From positions 2,598 through 66,597 of the forward strand of contig CALZHT010000007.1 of assembly GCA_945787445.1 (NCBI GenBank): 64,000 nucleotides of DNA, given 5' to 3'. This DNA is from an uncultured Desulfobulbaceae bacterium. Lineage in GTDB: Bacteria; Desulfobacterota; Desulfobulbia; Desulfobulbales; CALZHT01. The position numbers and the translations under genes are program-made. Under the pieces are notes generated by a model. That model searched no databases, had not been told where the DNA came from, and saw only the letters and a list, made by a program, of their open reading frames with translations. This document shows positions 17,356-26,491 of the stretch, one piece after another. Position 1 is the stretch's first letter. Every line of letters starts with the position of its first letter.

Positions 17356-17540
17356 TTGATGAAATCGTAAAAAATACGATTTGTCTGCTACGCGGACGCG
17401 TTAACCGCCTTTATTTTTTGCGATGAAAAGGCGATAAGTTCAGATGGGATTTCTTGCAAAGCTATTACCAGTTCATCGATGTATTATGTTTAACTTGTTG
17501 AAATTACATGGCACGTTAACCGATTTCCTGACTTTTAAAG
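17356..17540 (+). repeat. R2 element, long form, copy A
   Basis: TTGATGAAATCGTAAAAAATACGATTT, then a ~95-nt insert, then TTCATCGATGTATTATGTTTAACTTGTTGAAATTACATGGCACGTTAACCGATTTCCTGACTTTT. Confidence 0.65.
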
Positions 17541-18370
17541 GGGCCGTCAACTTTGAGCTCCACATTGTCCCCGGCTTGTATCTGCAATGCATGCGCAGCA
17601 TTTCCTTGATTGATGGCAATCTCAAGATATTCCCGACTGCCAAAAATGGCGAGTACTGATCCTTGCGGCACGTTGGCATATGAAGTTGTAATGCCTTTGA
17701 TGCGATGATTTTTTATGGTAACGGAAATATTGTTCAATGGTATATCCTTAAAAAGGTCACGGCATTGCTCACGAGTAATGTTGGTTGTACTGTTGCCAAA
17801 ATTGTCAATGGAGACAACCGAGCCAATGAGCCCCTTCCCTGCAGGAAGAAGGTGGATAGATGGCAAAGGAACACTTTTCAATTCGCTGATTTTAATTTCT
17901 GGCCCTACTTCTTGGAGCGGCATGCCGGTGCAAATACGAGCAGCCACCGGCGCCATGATGTCACGGCCGTGAAATGTGTTGCTTACCGACTTGCGGAACA
18001 GAGTTTCATTGGTAATGAGAAAGGCCCGCGAACATTCATTGTTAACTATAAAGAGGGTAAAGACTCCATTGTCAGGGCCAATATATCTTTGGCCTTTGGC
18101 TTCCAGCAATACAATGCGACGGGTGCTGCCTACGCCGGGGTCTACCACGATAATGTGCACGGTTTCAGGAGGAAAAAAATGGCTAGCCGCATGCAATACG
18201 TAAGCTCCATGGCCAATATTATGTCTTGGGATGGCGTGCGTTAGGTCAACAATTTGTAAAGTGGGTGAATGGGAGAGAATTACTCCCTTCATGAGGCCGA
18301 CGTATTCGTCAAAGTAGCCAAAATCAGTTGTGAGTGTGATAATGTTGCTCATTGGTTCACGATAGTTCAA
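17516..18370 (-). CDS. SAM hydroxide adenosyltransferase / fluorinase-chlorinase family (DUF62) protein
   Basis: Carries the N-terminal ITLTTDFGYFDEYVGLMKGVI motif of this family. The last 7 codons and the stop lie inside repeat R2 copy A. Confidence 0.7.
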   Translation of the reverse strand: MNYREPMSNIITLTTDFGYFDEYVGLMKGVILSHSPTLQIVDLTHAIPRHNIGHGAYVLHAASHFFPPETVHIIVVDPGVGSTRRIVLLEAKGQRYIGPDNGVFTLFIVNNECSRAFLITNETLFRKSVSNTFHGRDIMAPVAARICTGMPLQEVGPEIKISELKSVPLPSIHLLPAGKGLIGSVVSIDNFGNSTTNITREQCRDLFKDIPLNNISVTIKNHRIKGITTSYANVPQGSVLAIFGSREYLEIAINQGNAAHALQIQAGDNVELKVDGPFKSQEIG

Positions 18371-18819
18371 TTTAGTGGAGAAAGTAGCTAATTGATGAAG
18401 CGATCAGTAAAGAGTATTATGGATAGAGCAAGATAATTCGCTTATTTTTTATAGACGATGCCTCTTGCAGAGTTCGAGAACATAGATATTAAACTATTAG
18501 ACTGCAAGTAGTTATAGAGCAATTCATCAAATATATTCAAGCAATAAAAGAGACGGCTGCAAATGCTTAGAAAAACATATAATGAGAAAATGCTTTTTAT
18601 TTCGGAGAGTAGAATTTTAATTGGATAGTGATGGGTGTTAATTGTTATGGTGTTTTTAGAGATTTTTTAGAGTTACTTTGTGAAAAAACGTCTTTATTGT
18701 TGTGAAAAAAATTGAAAAATTGGGAAGATGAGTATAACATCCTATTTTTGGTTGAAGGGGAGTTTTTGCAGATTGTATCATGATAGATGATCAAAATCAT
18801 GCCATTGAGGGGTTACGTT

Positions 18820-19248
18820 ATGTTTGAGGCCCAGAATTTACGTCTTACCAAGCAACGCCAGATTATCTTGGATGAGCTGCGCAAGGTGATAAGTCATCCA
18901 ACTGCGGATGAGATATACCAAATGGTCAGAAAACGTATGCCTAAAATCAGTCTTGGAACAGTGTATCGAAATTTGGAGATCATGTCTGATTGCGGCATAA
19001 TTCAAAAATTAGATGTGGGCGGCACTCAGAAACGATTTGATGGGACCGTTGAAAACCATTACCATATCCGTTGTGTGGAGTGTAATAAGGTTGCAGATAT
19101 TGAGATGAAGCCTAACCATAAAGTTGACTCTGAAGCACAAAAGATGACCAGTTTCGAAGTGCTGCGGCATCGTCTCGAATTTATGGGCATTTGCCCTGGC
19201 TGCAAGGGTACAGGGAACAACAAAGGCAGAAAAAACAAAGCTTCCTGA
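18820..19248 (+). CDS. perR: Fur-family regulator, PerR-like
   Basis: Begins MFEAQNLRLTKQRQIILDEL, has HHIRCVECNK, and ends with CPGC. It heads a rubrerythrin/desulfoferrodoxin/ferritin cluster. Start chosen at ATG 18820 (GAGGGG upstream). Confidence 0.75.
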   Translation: MFEAQNLRLTKQRQIILDELRKVISHPTADEIYQMVRKRMPKISLGTVYRNLEIMSDCGIIQKLDVGGTQKRFDGTVENHYHIRCVECNKVADIEMKPNHKVDSEAQKMTSFEVLRHRLEFMGICPGCKGTGNNKGRKNKAS

Positions 19249-19311
19249 AAAATAATTCTGGACAAAAAATATTTTTAAAAAAAATGTTGCTAGATTGTTT
19301 TGTGTTTAATA

Positions 19312-19330
19312 GATAGTAATGGTTATCAAT
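19312..19330. promoter_or_regulatory. candidate Fur/PerR box upstream of rbr
   Basis: GATAGTAATGGTTATCAAT matches about 11 of 19 positions of the classical Fur box. It has GATA..TATC ends and lies 24 nt before the rbr start. Confidence 0.3.
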
Positions 19331-19353
19331 ATTAATACTAAAGGAGGAGATCC

Positions 19354-19929
19354 ATGGCATCATTGAAGGGTACCCAAACAGAAAAAAATCTGCTCACAGC
19401 TTTTGCAGGTGAATCTCAGGCTAGAAATCGGTATACGTATTTTGCTTCCAAGGCTAAAAAAGATGGATATGTCCAAATAGCAGCGCGGTTCGAAATAACA
19501 GGCAATCAGGAGAAGGAGCATGCCAAGCGCTTGTTCAAGTTCCTTGAGGGTGGAGAGGCACAAATAACGGCTGGATTTCCGGCAGGCGTAATTGGAACCA
19601 CCCAAGAAAATTTACTGGAAGCAGCGTCCGGTGAATATTATGAATATTCTTCAATGTACCCTGGTTTTGCAGAAGTTGCCCGGCAGGAAGGCTTTGCTGA
19701 AATTGCCAGGGCCTTTGAAGCAATTGCCGTGGCTGAAAAGCAACACGAAAAGCAGTACAGGGCGCTTGCTGCTAACATTGAGACAAACAAAGTTTTCAAA
19801 AGAGATCAAAAGGTCACATGGCAGTGCCGTAATTGCGGATATGTCCATGGAGGGGATGGGGCTCCGAACACTTGCCCGGCATGCGCACATGCCCAGGCCC
19901 ATTTTGAATTAATCGGTGAGAATTATTAA
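19354..19929 (+). CDS. rbr: rubrerythrin
   Basis: Has the N-terminal diiron four-helix motif ([19 protein letters not shown]) and a C-terminal rubredoxin-like CRNCGY...CPAC. Confidence 0.9.
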   Translation: MASLKGTQTEKNLLTAFAGESQARNRYTYFASKAKKDGYVQIAARFEITGNQEKEHAKRLFKFLEGGEAQITAGFPAGVIGTTQENLLEAASGEYYEYSSMYPGFAEVARQEGFAEIARAFEAIAVAEKQHEKQYRALAANIETNKVFKRDQKVTWQCRNCGYVHGGDGAPNTCPACAHAQAHFELIGENY

Positions 19930-19930
19930 A

Positions 19931-19996
19931 TAGTTCCCATTCGGAAAATCGTAGACTTGGAGATCGTTAGAACTAAGTGTTTCCAATTCGGAAACT
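19931..19996 (+). repeat. R4 3'-flank element, copy 2
   Basis: TAGTTCCCATTCGGAAAATCGTAGACTTGG..GAACTAAGTGTTTCCAATTCGGAAACT, starting 2 nt after the rbr stop. Confidence 0.55.
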
Positions 19997-20000
19997 CAAT

Positions 20001-20031
20001 AGGGGCTGTTTTAAACTGCCCCTTGTTTTTT
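20001..20031 (+). terminator. rho-independent terminator after rbr
   Basis: Stem AGGGGC/GCCCCT with a 10-nt loop, followed by TTGTTTTTT. Confidence 0.6.
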
Positions 20032-20214
20032 GAATAATTATCCCCCATGATTCTTTAGTATACGTTGTCCAGGTTGTGGAAATTGATGCTTCTGGAAAGG
20101 GTCGGGCATACTGTTAGTGTGTCGTCTAATTTCAAGCACATAAGCTTCAACATAGTTATATCGATGCATTCCTAATTTTAAGAATGCTACAAAATTTAAA
20201 TAAGGAGGTTGAGT

Positions 20215-20589
20215 ATGGCTGCAAAACTAGAGGTTTATAAGTGCGACGTGTGTGGAAATATAATTGAAGTCATGCATGGTGGAGATGGCGAACTTGTCTG
20301 CTGTGGTCAGCCCATGGTTGTGCAGGCTGAAAATACTGTAGATGCTGCAAAGGAAAAACATGTTCCGGTCATCGAGAAGATTGACGGCGGCTTCAAGGTC
20401 AAGGTCGGTGCAGTGCCGCATCCCATGGAGGAGAAGCATTGTATTGAATGGATAGAGGCAATTGCAGGAGCAAAGGCATATTGCCAGTTTCTCAAGCCGG
20501 GAGATGCTCCGGAAGCGGTATTCAATATTGATGCTGATCAGATTACTGCCAGGGCATACTGCAATATTCATGGACATTGGAGGAGCTGA
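20215..20589 (+). CDS. dfx: desulfoferrodoxin (2Fe superoxide reductase)
   Basis: Centre I cysteines CDVCGN...CCGQPM. The C-terminal SOR domain has [11 protein letters not shown] and ...CNIHGHW. AAGGAGG RBS. Confidence 0.9.
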   Translation: MAAKLEVYKCDVCGNIIEVMHGGDGELVCCGQPMVVQAENTVDAAKEKHVPVIEKIDGGFKVKVGAVPHPMEEKHCIEWIEAIAGAKAYCQFLKPGDAPEAVFNIDADQITARAYCNIHGHWRS

Positions 20590-20591
20590 TT

Positions 20592-21101
20592 ATGATGAAC
20601 GATACCATGGAAAAAGCGATTAATGAGCAGATTAATGCCGAGATCTATTCGTCCTATCTGTATTTGTCAATGGGCGCTTATTTTGCGGCAGAGGGACTGC
20701 CGGGTTGTGCAAACTGGATGAAGGCACAGGCTCAGGAAGAACTTTTTCATGCCATGAAAATGTTTGATTATGTCAATGAACGGGGAAACAGGATCTTGTT
20801 GACACCCATCGAACAGCCGGCAACAGAATGGGCTTCTCCCTTGGCTGTCTTTGAAAATGTGCTGCAACATGAGCAAAAGGTAACCTCACTTATAAATAAT
20901 CTCGTCAATCTTGCTCTTGATGAACGGGATCACGCCACCAACATTTTCCTGCAATGGTTTGTTTCAGAGCAAGTGGAGGAGGAGGCCAGCGCCGGTGATG
21001 TGCTGCAAAAGTTAAAGCTCATCGGCGGGGATGCCAGTGGGCTCTTTGTCCTGGACCAAGAACTGGGGCAGCGTATTTTCACTCCACCAGCCGCTGGATA
21101 G
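20592..21101 (+). CDS. ftn: non-haem ferritin
   Basis: Carries the [21 protein letters not shown] ferritin signature. It starts 2 nt after the dfx stop. Confidence 0.85.
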   Translation: MMNDTMEKAINEQINAEIYSSYLYLSMGAYFAAEGLPGCANWMKAQAQEELFHAMKMFDYVNERGNRILLTPIEQPATEWASPLAVFENVLQHEQKVTSLINNLVNLALDERDHATNIFLQWFVSEQVEEEASAGDVLQKLKLIGGDASGLFVLDQELGQRIFTPPAAG

Positions 21102-21146
21102 ATTCAGATGACCTGACCTCGGGAGAAGTTGTCATGATGCCGATTG

Positions 21147-21229
21147 AGTGCCTAAAGTCATTGTATTTTTCTAATCAGACTATTTTCAGTGCCCCCTTGA
21201 GGGGTATATTTCCTTTAACTTTAGGCACT
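21147..21229. repeat. R5 12-bp perfect inverted repeat (AGTGCCTAAAGT / ACTTTAGGCACT)
   Basis: The arms at 21147-21158 and 21218-21229 are separated by 59 nt. The track ORF 21134-21331 covering it is probably spurious. Confidence 0.5.
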
Positions 21230-21343
21230 GAAATGGCTCGCTCTTGTTCGGTATCATTGCAAAATTTGGGGATGCTTTGCAAATCCCTGGAATCATGTTT
21301 CGGAGTCAGGGATTCTGAGATTTTATTGTAAATATATATGATA

Positions 21344-21385
21344 TAAAAAAAGGCCGGATAAGGGTAGCTGTCCGGCCTTTATTGA
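21344..21385. terminator. bidirectional terminator between ftn and RNase E/G
   Basis: Stem AGGCCGGA/TCCGGCCT, flanked by an A-run upstream and TTTATT downstream. Confidence 0.55.
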
Positions 21386-21568
21386 TGAAATCGTAAAAAA
21401 TACGATTTGTCTTGCTACGCGGACGCGTTGACAACCTTATTCCCTTGCGATGACATAGGCGATAAGTCCAGCCGGAATTTTTTGAGGAATTGTTGCCATT
21501 TCACCGATGTAATACGTTGTAACTATTTGAAATTACATGGCACGTTAACCGCTTTCCCGACTTTTTGC
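21382..21568 (+). repeat. R2 element, long form, copy B
   Basis: Collinear with copy A, including the ~95-nt insert. It ends ...CACCGATGTAATACGTTGTAACTATTTGAAATTACATGGCACGTTAACCGCTTTCCCGACTTTTTGCG. Confidence 0.65.
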
Positions 21569-21604
21569 GGGATTATCTTTATTGATATTCTGTGCGGCTA
21601 TTTC

Positions 21605-23488
21605 TTATTCTTTAAACACTTCAATTTTTTCGTCAGAAGGTGTCATTTGCGGATCGGGTTTGATATTGATTCTCACATGATAGCGTTTTTCAAGCTCGAT
21701 GAGGTCTTCCTTCTTGTTGTTGAGCACGTATTGGGCGACTGTCAGCGGCAGACTGCATTCCACCCTTTGCATATTTTTTTGGGTAACCGCCACCTGCAAG
21801 CGTCGTAAGAAAGCGAGCGCATGTGTTTCAACCGACTTCACCATGCCGCGGCCCTGACAGTGCTCACAAATTTTATACGATCCTCTTTGTACCGGCGAAG
21901 CCATTTTCTGGCGGGATATCTGCATGAGGCCAAACTTTGATATACGGCTTGTGTCAACCTTGGCCTTGTCTCTTTTCATGCTGTTTTTCAGTCTCTTTTC
22001 AACCTCGCGGATATGGCGCTGGTCCCGCATGTCAATAAAATCAACGACAATGAGCCCGCCAAGATCCCGGAGCCTGAGCTGCCTGGCAAGTTCTTCCGCA
22101 GCCTCCATATTGGCAAGAAAAATGGATTCATCAAAACTCTTGTCCTTGGCCGTACGTCCTGAATTTACATCGATGGCCACCAAAGCTTCGGTGGGATTGA
22201 TGACGATTGACCCGCCTGATGGCAATCTTACCGTCGGCTGGAATATCTGCTCAATTTGTTTCTCCACATCATAGTAAGAAAATATGGGTTGCGATTCCGA
22301 ATGGAGTTTGACATTGGGAGTTTTCTGTCGATCGGGAAGGAGGTCCAGGAAACTTTTAACCTGTTGGAGAGCTTCCTGATTATCAACAACTATTTCACTG
22401 ATATCAGTGGTGAAGTGGTCGCGCAAAAACCTGGAAATAATGTTCTGTTCCTTGTGGATCATGGAGGGTGCCTTTTTGGCCATGCCTTTTTTTTTGATCT
22501 CCTTCCAAAGGTTCAGAAGATAACGCATGTCCTGTGACAAACCCCTTTGGGTGATGTCTTTACTGGCAGTGCGAATAATATATCCGATTCCTTCCGGTCG
22601 TTTAAGACTGTTGATCATCTTGCGCAGCCTGGTCCGCTGACTTTCATCCTCGATCTTTCTTGAAATACCGGCACTGTCACTTCCCGGCAGCAGAACAAGA
22701 TAGCGGCCGGGCATGGATAGATAGGTAGTGAGGCTGGCACCTTTTGTCCCGGTTGCTTCCTTGACAACTTCTACCAAAACGTCCTGGCCTTTGCGGACAA
22801 AGTCCTGGATACTGAGCTGTTTCCAGTGGGTCCCCTCTTGAACCTCTTTGTAATAGTATTCGGGATGGATTTCACCAAAGGACAGAAAGCCGTTTTTGGC
22901 TTCACCAAAGTCAACAAACGCCGCTTGCAGATTGGATTCAACCGAGGTGATCTTGCCTTTATATATATTCCCCTTGGTTTGCGCATGGGTTACCGTTTCC
23001 ACATAGAAGGATTCAATGCGTCGGTTTTCAAGTAAAACAATGCGACACTCTTCAGGTTCATCGGTGTTGATGAGCAGTCTTTGCACAGTCGCGCCGGCCT
23101 TGGTTATTCCTTTGTCATTTTTTGAAGGGGGAGGAGCTCTCCGGGTTGTTTTCCTGGGAGCTTTTTGAGTTGGTTTCTGTTCAGGGTGGCGGGAGGGTGT
23201 TATTTTCGGGGGACGACCACTCTTACGGCTATGGTCTGCAATGGATGCCTTGGAAGTATGTCGGGTGCTTTTATCAGCTTGCCCTGACTCTGTGGTGATC
23301 GGAGTTGATAGTGAAAATTGGGCCTTAGAGACAGAGGATATTTTTTCAATCTCCATACCCTCATCGGTCTTTTTCTTTTTAGGGGCAAGCCACTGGCCAA
23401 GTTTGCTTAACAGCGAGGAAGATTCGTCGTTTTCTTGGTTCTTTTGCCCATTTGATTCATTTTCTTGATTGATAGTATTCTTTGCCAT
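21605..23488 (-). CDS. rne: ribonuclease E/G family protein
   Basis: Has the S1 domain GNIYKGKITSVESNLQAAFVDFG and a catalytic core with LGGLIVVDFIDM. A Lys/Pro-rich low-complexity N-terminal extension makes the start uncertain. Confidence 0.85.
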   Translation of the reverse strand: MAKNTINQENESNGQKNQENDESSSLLSKLGQWLAPKKKKTDEGMEIEKISSVSKAQFSLSTPITTESGQADKSTRHTSKASIADHSRKSGRPPKITPSRHPEQKPTQKAPRKTTRRAPPPSKNDKGITKAGATVQRLLINTDEPEECRIVLLENRRIESFYVETVTHAQTKGNIYKGKITSVESNLQAAFVDFGEAKNGFLSFGEIHPEYYYKEVQEGTHWKQLSIQDFVRKGQDVLVEVVKEATGTKGASLTTYLSMPGRYLVLLPGSDSAGISRKIEDESQRTRLRKMINSLKRPEGIGYIIRTASKDITQRGLSQDMRYLLNLWKEIKKKGMAKKAPSMIHKEQNIISRFLRDHFTTDISEIVVDNQEALQQVKSFLDLLPDRQKTPNVKLHSESQPIFSYYDVEKQIEQIFQPTVRLPSGGSIVINPTEALVAIDVNSGRTAKDKSFDESIFLANMEAAEELARQLRLRDLGGLIVVDFIDMRDQRHIREVEKRLKNSMKRDKAKVDTSRISKFGLMQISRQKMASPVQRGSYKICEHCQGRGMVKSVETHALAFLRRLQVAVTQKNMQRVECSLPLTVAQYVLNNKKEDLIELEKRYHVRINIKPDPQMTPSDEKIEVFKE

Positions 23489-24389
23489 TATGTTTCTTTA
23501 TCGTAATCAGGTTACGTTGTGAAAGTTTTGCAAGCCGAGCATCGATATTTTCCGGCGTCTGATTGAGAGCCAGACATATATCTTTAAAAGTGCAGGGCCT
23601 ACGTTTAAGCATGTTCAGCACCTCTCCAGAGGCCGCGGACCGACAGGTGTCATCATGTATCTTGTCATAATCAGTTATAATTTCAATAGATTCTGAGAGG
23701 TGCTCAGCCGCTTTTTCCAACTCAGATCTGCTCAATGGTTTTGCAAAGGATTCCAGCGGCGGCCGGGCCACTGTATTGAGCTGAACCCTGTCCGGTTGAA
23801 TACATGCTATTGCCTCTTTAAGGGCGCTAAGGTCTTTTTCTGAGTCATTTACATCTTTAACCAGTAAAATTTCAAGCCAAAACTTACCTTTATAATTTTT
23901 ATTAAATTTATGTAACTCCTCAACTAGTATATGAGGCTTGACATCAGTAAGCGGGCGGTTAATTTTTCGAAAACTTTTCGGTGCTATCGCATCAAGGGAA
24001 GGAATAACGATATCAGCCTGCAAAAGATCTTTTCGCACCTCGGCTAAATGGAAAAGGGAGCCGTTTGTGAGTACTGCAACCGGTTTATTGGTGTGCCCCT
24101 TAATATGACGGATAACCTTCCCAAGGCCGCTGTTAAGGGTCGGTTCTCCGGAAGCGGTGATAGTGAAAACATCTAAAGAGCGCAGCGTGGATTCGTCTGC
24201 CAAAAAAACATCGATCTCGCTGATAATATCTTTGGCAGGGACATACTCTTTACGTTCGTTGGTGAAAATGCTATTGGGGCCCACTTCACAGTAGATGCAG
24301 TTATAATTGCAGATTTTAAAGGGGAGCAGGTCAATCCCCAAGGAAAGCCCCAAGCGCCTGGAGTTCACAGGGCCAAACAGATATTTCAT
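23457..24389 (-). CDS. radical SAM protein (function unknown)
   Basis: CNYNCIYCE is a CxxxCxxC motif near the N-terminus. The gene overlaps the annotated RNase E/G start by 32 nt. Confidence 0.7.
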   Translation of the reverse strand: MKYLFGPVNSRRLGLSLGIDLLPFKICNYNCIYCEVGPNSIFTNERKEYVPAKDIISEIDVFLADESTLRSLDVFTITASGEPTLNSGLGKVIRHIKGHTNKPVAVLTNGSLFHLAEVRKDLLQADIVIPSLDAIAPKSFRKINRPLTDVKPHILVEELHKFNKNYKGKFWLEILLVKDVNDSEKDLSALKEAIACIQPDRVQLNTVARPPLESFAKPLSRSELEKAAEHLSESIEIITDYDKIHDDTCRSAASGEVLNMLKRRPCTFKDICLALNQTPENIDARLAKLSQRNLITIKKHNGKEYYQSRK

Positions 24390-24568
24390 AAATCACACCA
24401 AAAAGACTATTCTCACTGGGAACGGGTCAATAGCAGTCGGGTTGGTAAACCCAAACGGCTTGTTGCAGGAATCTGATTTGCATGAAGGTAATTGGTCCCT
24501 GCAAAAGCATTATAAGCAAAATCCACCCTGATGTTTTGTGGGTATATGGTTTAATGAGGACTTTTGCC

Positions 24569-24597
24569 TTGACACACCTAAATGGTAAGCGTAGATT
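24569..24597 (+). promoter_or_regulatory. candidate sigma-70 promoter of ilvD
   Basis: TTGACA, a 17-nt spacer, then TAGATT. This leaves a leader of about 220 nt before ilvD. Confidence 0.4.
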
Positions 24598-24821
24598 TCT
24601 CACTCTACATGAACACACAATGATTGATAAATTTAGTTACTGTTGGAATTGATCGCGTTGTTTCGTTGTAATCTCTTCATTGTGAAAAGGGACTTGTGTC
24701 CGTCATGGCATAACACGGATTTGTTGTCACCCCTCGAAATTATATGGTAGATGAACCGCGTTCCTTTTTTTTATAGGATAATAATAATTCACTCTTATTA
24801 ACTTGCAAACGGAAAAAGATA

Positions 24822-26483
24822 ATGCGCAGCGATATTATAAAGAAAGGTTTAGAAAAGGCTCCTCACCGCTCTCTTTTTAAGGCCATGGGGTATACCGATG
24901 ATGAGATCAACAGGCCATTGATCGGCGTTGGGCATGCCCACAATGAGATAATACCAGGCCATATCCATCTTGACAAGATAGTTGAGGCGGTAAAAACAGG
25001 TGTTCGACTGGCAGGCGGTACGCCAATATCTTTTGGCACCATAGGTGTTTGCGATGGCATAGCCATGAGCCACAAAGGCATGAAATATTCCTTGGCCAGC
25101 AGGGAGGTCATTGCTGATTCCGTTGAGATTATGGCTGAGGCCCACCCTTTTGACGCCCTGGTGCTCGTTCCCAACTGTGATAAGGTCGTGCCCGGCATGC
25201 TCATGGCAATGCTTCGGGTGAATATCCCGGCGGTTATGGTGAGTGGCGGGCCCATGCTGACCGGTCGCTTCAAGGGCAAGGACGTCCATCTTGTCAGTGT
25301 TTTTGAAGGAGTCGGCAGGGTCAAGGCCAATACCATGACCGAAGCAGAGCTTTGTGAACTCGAAGAAGCTGCCTGTCCCGGTTGCGGTTCCTGTGCCGGC
25401 ATGTTTACCGCCAATTCCATGAATTGCCTCACTGAAGCCCTTGGCTTGGGATTGCCTGGAAATGGCACAATTCCGGCGGTCTCAGCTGCACGTCTGCGGC
25501 TGGCAAAGTATGCCGGGAAGGCTGTGCTGCATCTTTTGGAAAAAAACATCAGGCCACGAGATATTGCAACCATAAAGGCTTTTGAAAATGCCATGGCTGT
25601 TGATATGGCCCTGGGATGTTCTACCAATACAGTTCTCCATGTTCCGGCTATTGCCCAGGAAGCCGGAGTTGATCTGCCCCTTGATCTTTTCAATGATGTG
25701 AGTGCCAGAACGCCTCATCTTTGCAGCCTCATACCGGGCGGACCGCACAGTCTCCAGCAACTTGATGAGGCCGGCGGCGTGTCGGCCGTCATGCATGAAT
25801 TAATGGGCACAAATAAGGGTTTGAATCTTGATGTGCAAACCGCAACCGGCAGCAAACTTGGAGAAAACCTTAAAGCTGTGAAGGTTCGTGACCGTGAAAT
25901 CATCAGATCAGTTGCTGATCCCTATCACCATGTGGGTGGTATAGCAGTATTGTATGGGAATCTTGCCCCGGAAGGCTCGGTAGTCAAACAGTCGGCCGTG
26001 GCTGATGAGATGCTTGAACATTCAGGACCTGCTCGGGTGTATGATTCTGAAGAGGAAGCCCTGGAAGCCATTCTCGGGGGCAGAATAAACTCAGGCGATG
26101 TAGTGGTTATCCGTTACTGTGGACCCAAGGGAGGTCCTGGTATGCCGGAAATGCTTTCACCGACTTCAGCAATAATAGGCATGGGCCTTGGCAAAAGCGT
26201 CGCCCTAATTACCGACGGCCGTTTCAGCGGTGGAACCCAAGGTGCCTGCATCGGGCATGTTTCTCCCGAAGCTGCGGAAGGGGGTCCTATCGCCCTTGTA
26301 CGGGAAGGTGATACTATTACGGTTAATATTCCAAGCAAGTCCATTGAGCTTGAGGTGCCGCAAGAAGAGCTTGAAAGCCGCAAAGCTCATTGGCAGCCGC
26401 CATCACCTAAAATCACCACCGGTTATGTCGCCCGCTACGCAAGGCAAGTTTCTTCCGGCAGTTCCGGTGCAGTGCTCAAATAG
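24822..26483 (+). CDS. ilvD: dihydroxy-acid dehydratase
   Basis: 553 aa. Conserved blocks [17 protein letters not shown] and [10 protein letters not shown] are present. Confidence 0.95.
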   Translation: MRSDIIKKGLEKAPHRSLFKAMGYTDDEINRPLIGVGHAHNEIIPGHIHLDKIVEAVKTGVRLAGGTPISFGTIGVCDGIAMSHKGMKYSLASREVIADSVEIMAEAHPFDALVLVPNCDKVVPGMLMAMLRVNIPAVMVSGGPMLTGRFKGKDVHLVSVFEGVGRVKANTMTEAELCELEEAACPGCGSCAGMFTANSMNCLTEALGLGLPGNGTIPAVSAARLRLAKYAGKAVLHLLEKNIRPRDIATIKAFENAMAVDMALGCSTNTVLHVPAIAQEAGVDLPLDLFNDVSARTPHLCSLIPGGPHSLQQLDEAGGVSAVMHELMGTNKGLNLDVQTATGSKLGENLKAVKVRDREIIRSVADPYHHVGGIAVLYGNLAPEGSVVKQSAVADEMLEHSGPARVYDSEEEALEAILGGRINSGDVVVIRYCGPKGGPGMPEMLSPTSAIIGMGLGKSVALITDGRFSGGTQGACIGHVSPEAAEGGPIALVREGDTITVNIPSKSIELEVPQEELESRKAHWQPPSPKITTGYVARYARQVSSGSSGAVLK

Positions 26484-26491
26484 GAAAGAAG

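Noticed and set aside
17509-17523. TGGCACG-N4-CCGC inside R2 copies (also about 21539 and 59279, and the complement at about 34398) resembles a sigma-54 -24/-12 promoter.
   Set aside because: The -12 element is CCGC or CCGA rather than TTGC. In four of five copies the motif points antisense into the 3' ends of genes, and only copy C faces a gene start. It is more likely a conserved part of the repeat than a working promoter.
21134-21331. A 65-aa ORF downstream of ftn, plus ORFs 17444-17659 and 21407-21808 that share the peptide LKLHGTLT.
   Set aside because: The first spans the R5 inverted repeat. The other two read through R2 copies, so the shared peptide simply reflects the shared repeat nucleotides. 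None has an RBS or coding signal.
23457-23488. A 32-nt overlap between the radical SAM gene end and the annotated RNase E/G start, as a possible coupling or recoding site.
   Set aside because: The RNase N-terminus is low-complexity and its true start is probably further downstream. The overlap is most likely an artefact of taking the longest ORF.
24598-24821. The ~220-nt ilvD leader, with short ORFs and a GAAC-CGC-GTTC hairpin followed by T8, as a possible branched-chain amino-acid attenuator.
   Set aside because: The candidate leader peptides are not enriched in Ile, Val or Leu codon runs, and the hairpin is only 4 bp. I found no T-box or other recognisable riboswitch features.
24863-25693. 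Long antisense ORFs in the track. Examples are 24863-25693 within ilvD, 54339-55283 within hisD, 14971-15699 within the RND gene, 32636-33304 within pilT, and 61215-62068 within hemE and the HD gene.
   Set aside because: Each lies opposite a gene with unambiguous conserved motifs, and their products are low-complexity or Arg/Pro/Ser-rich. They are typical shadow ORFs.
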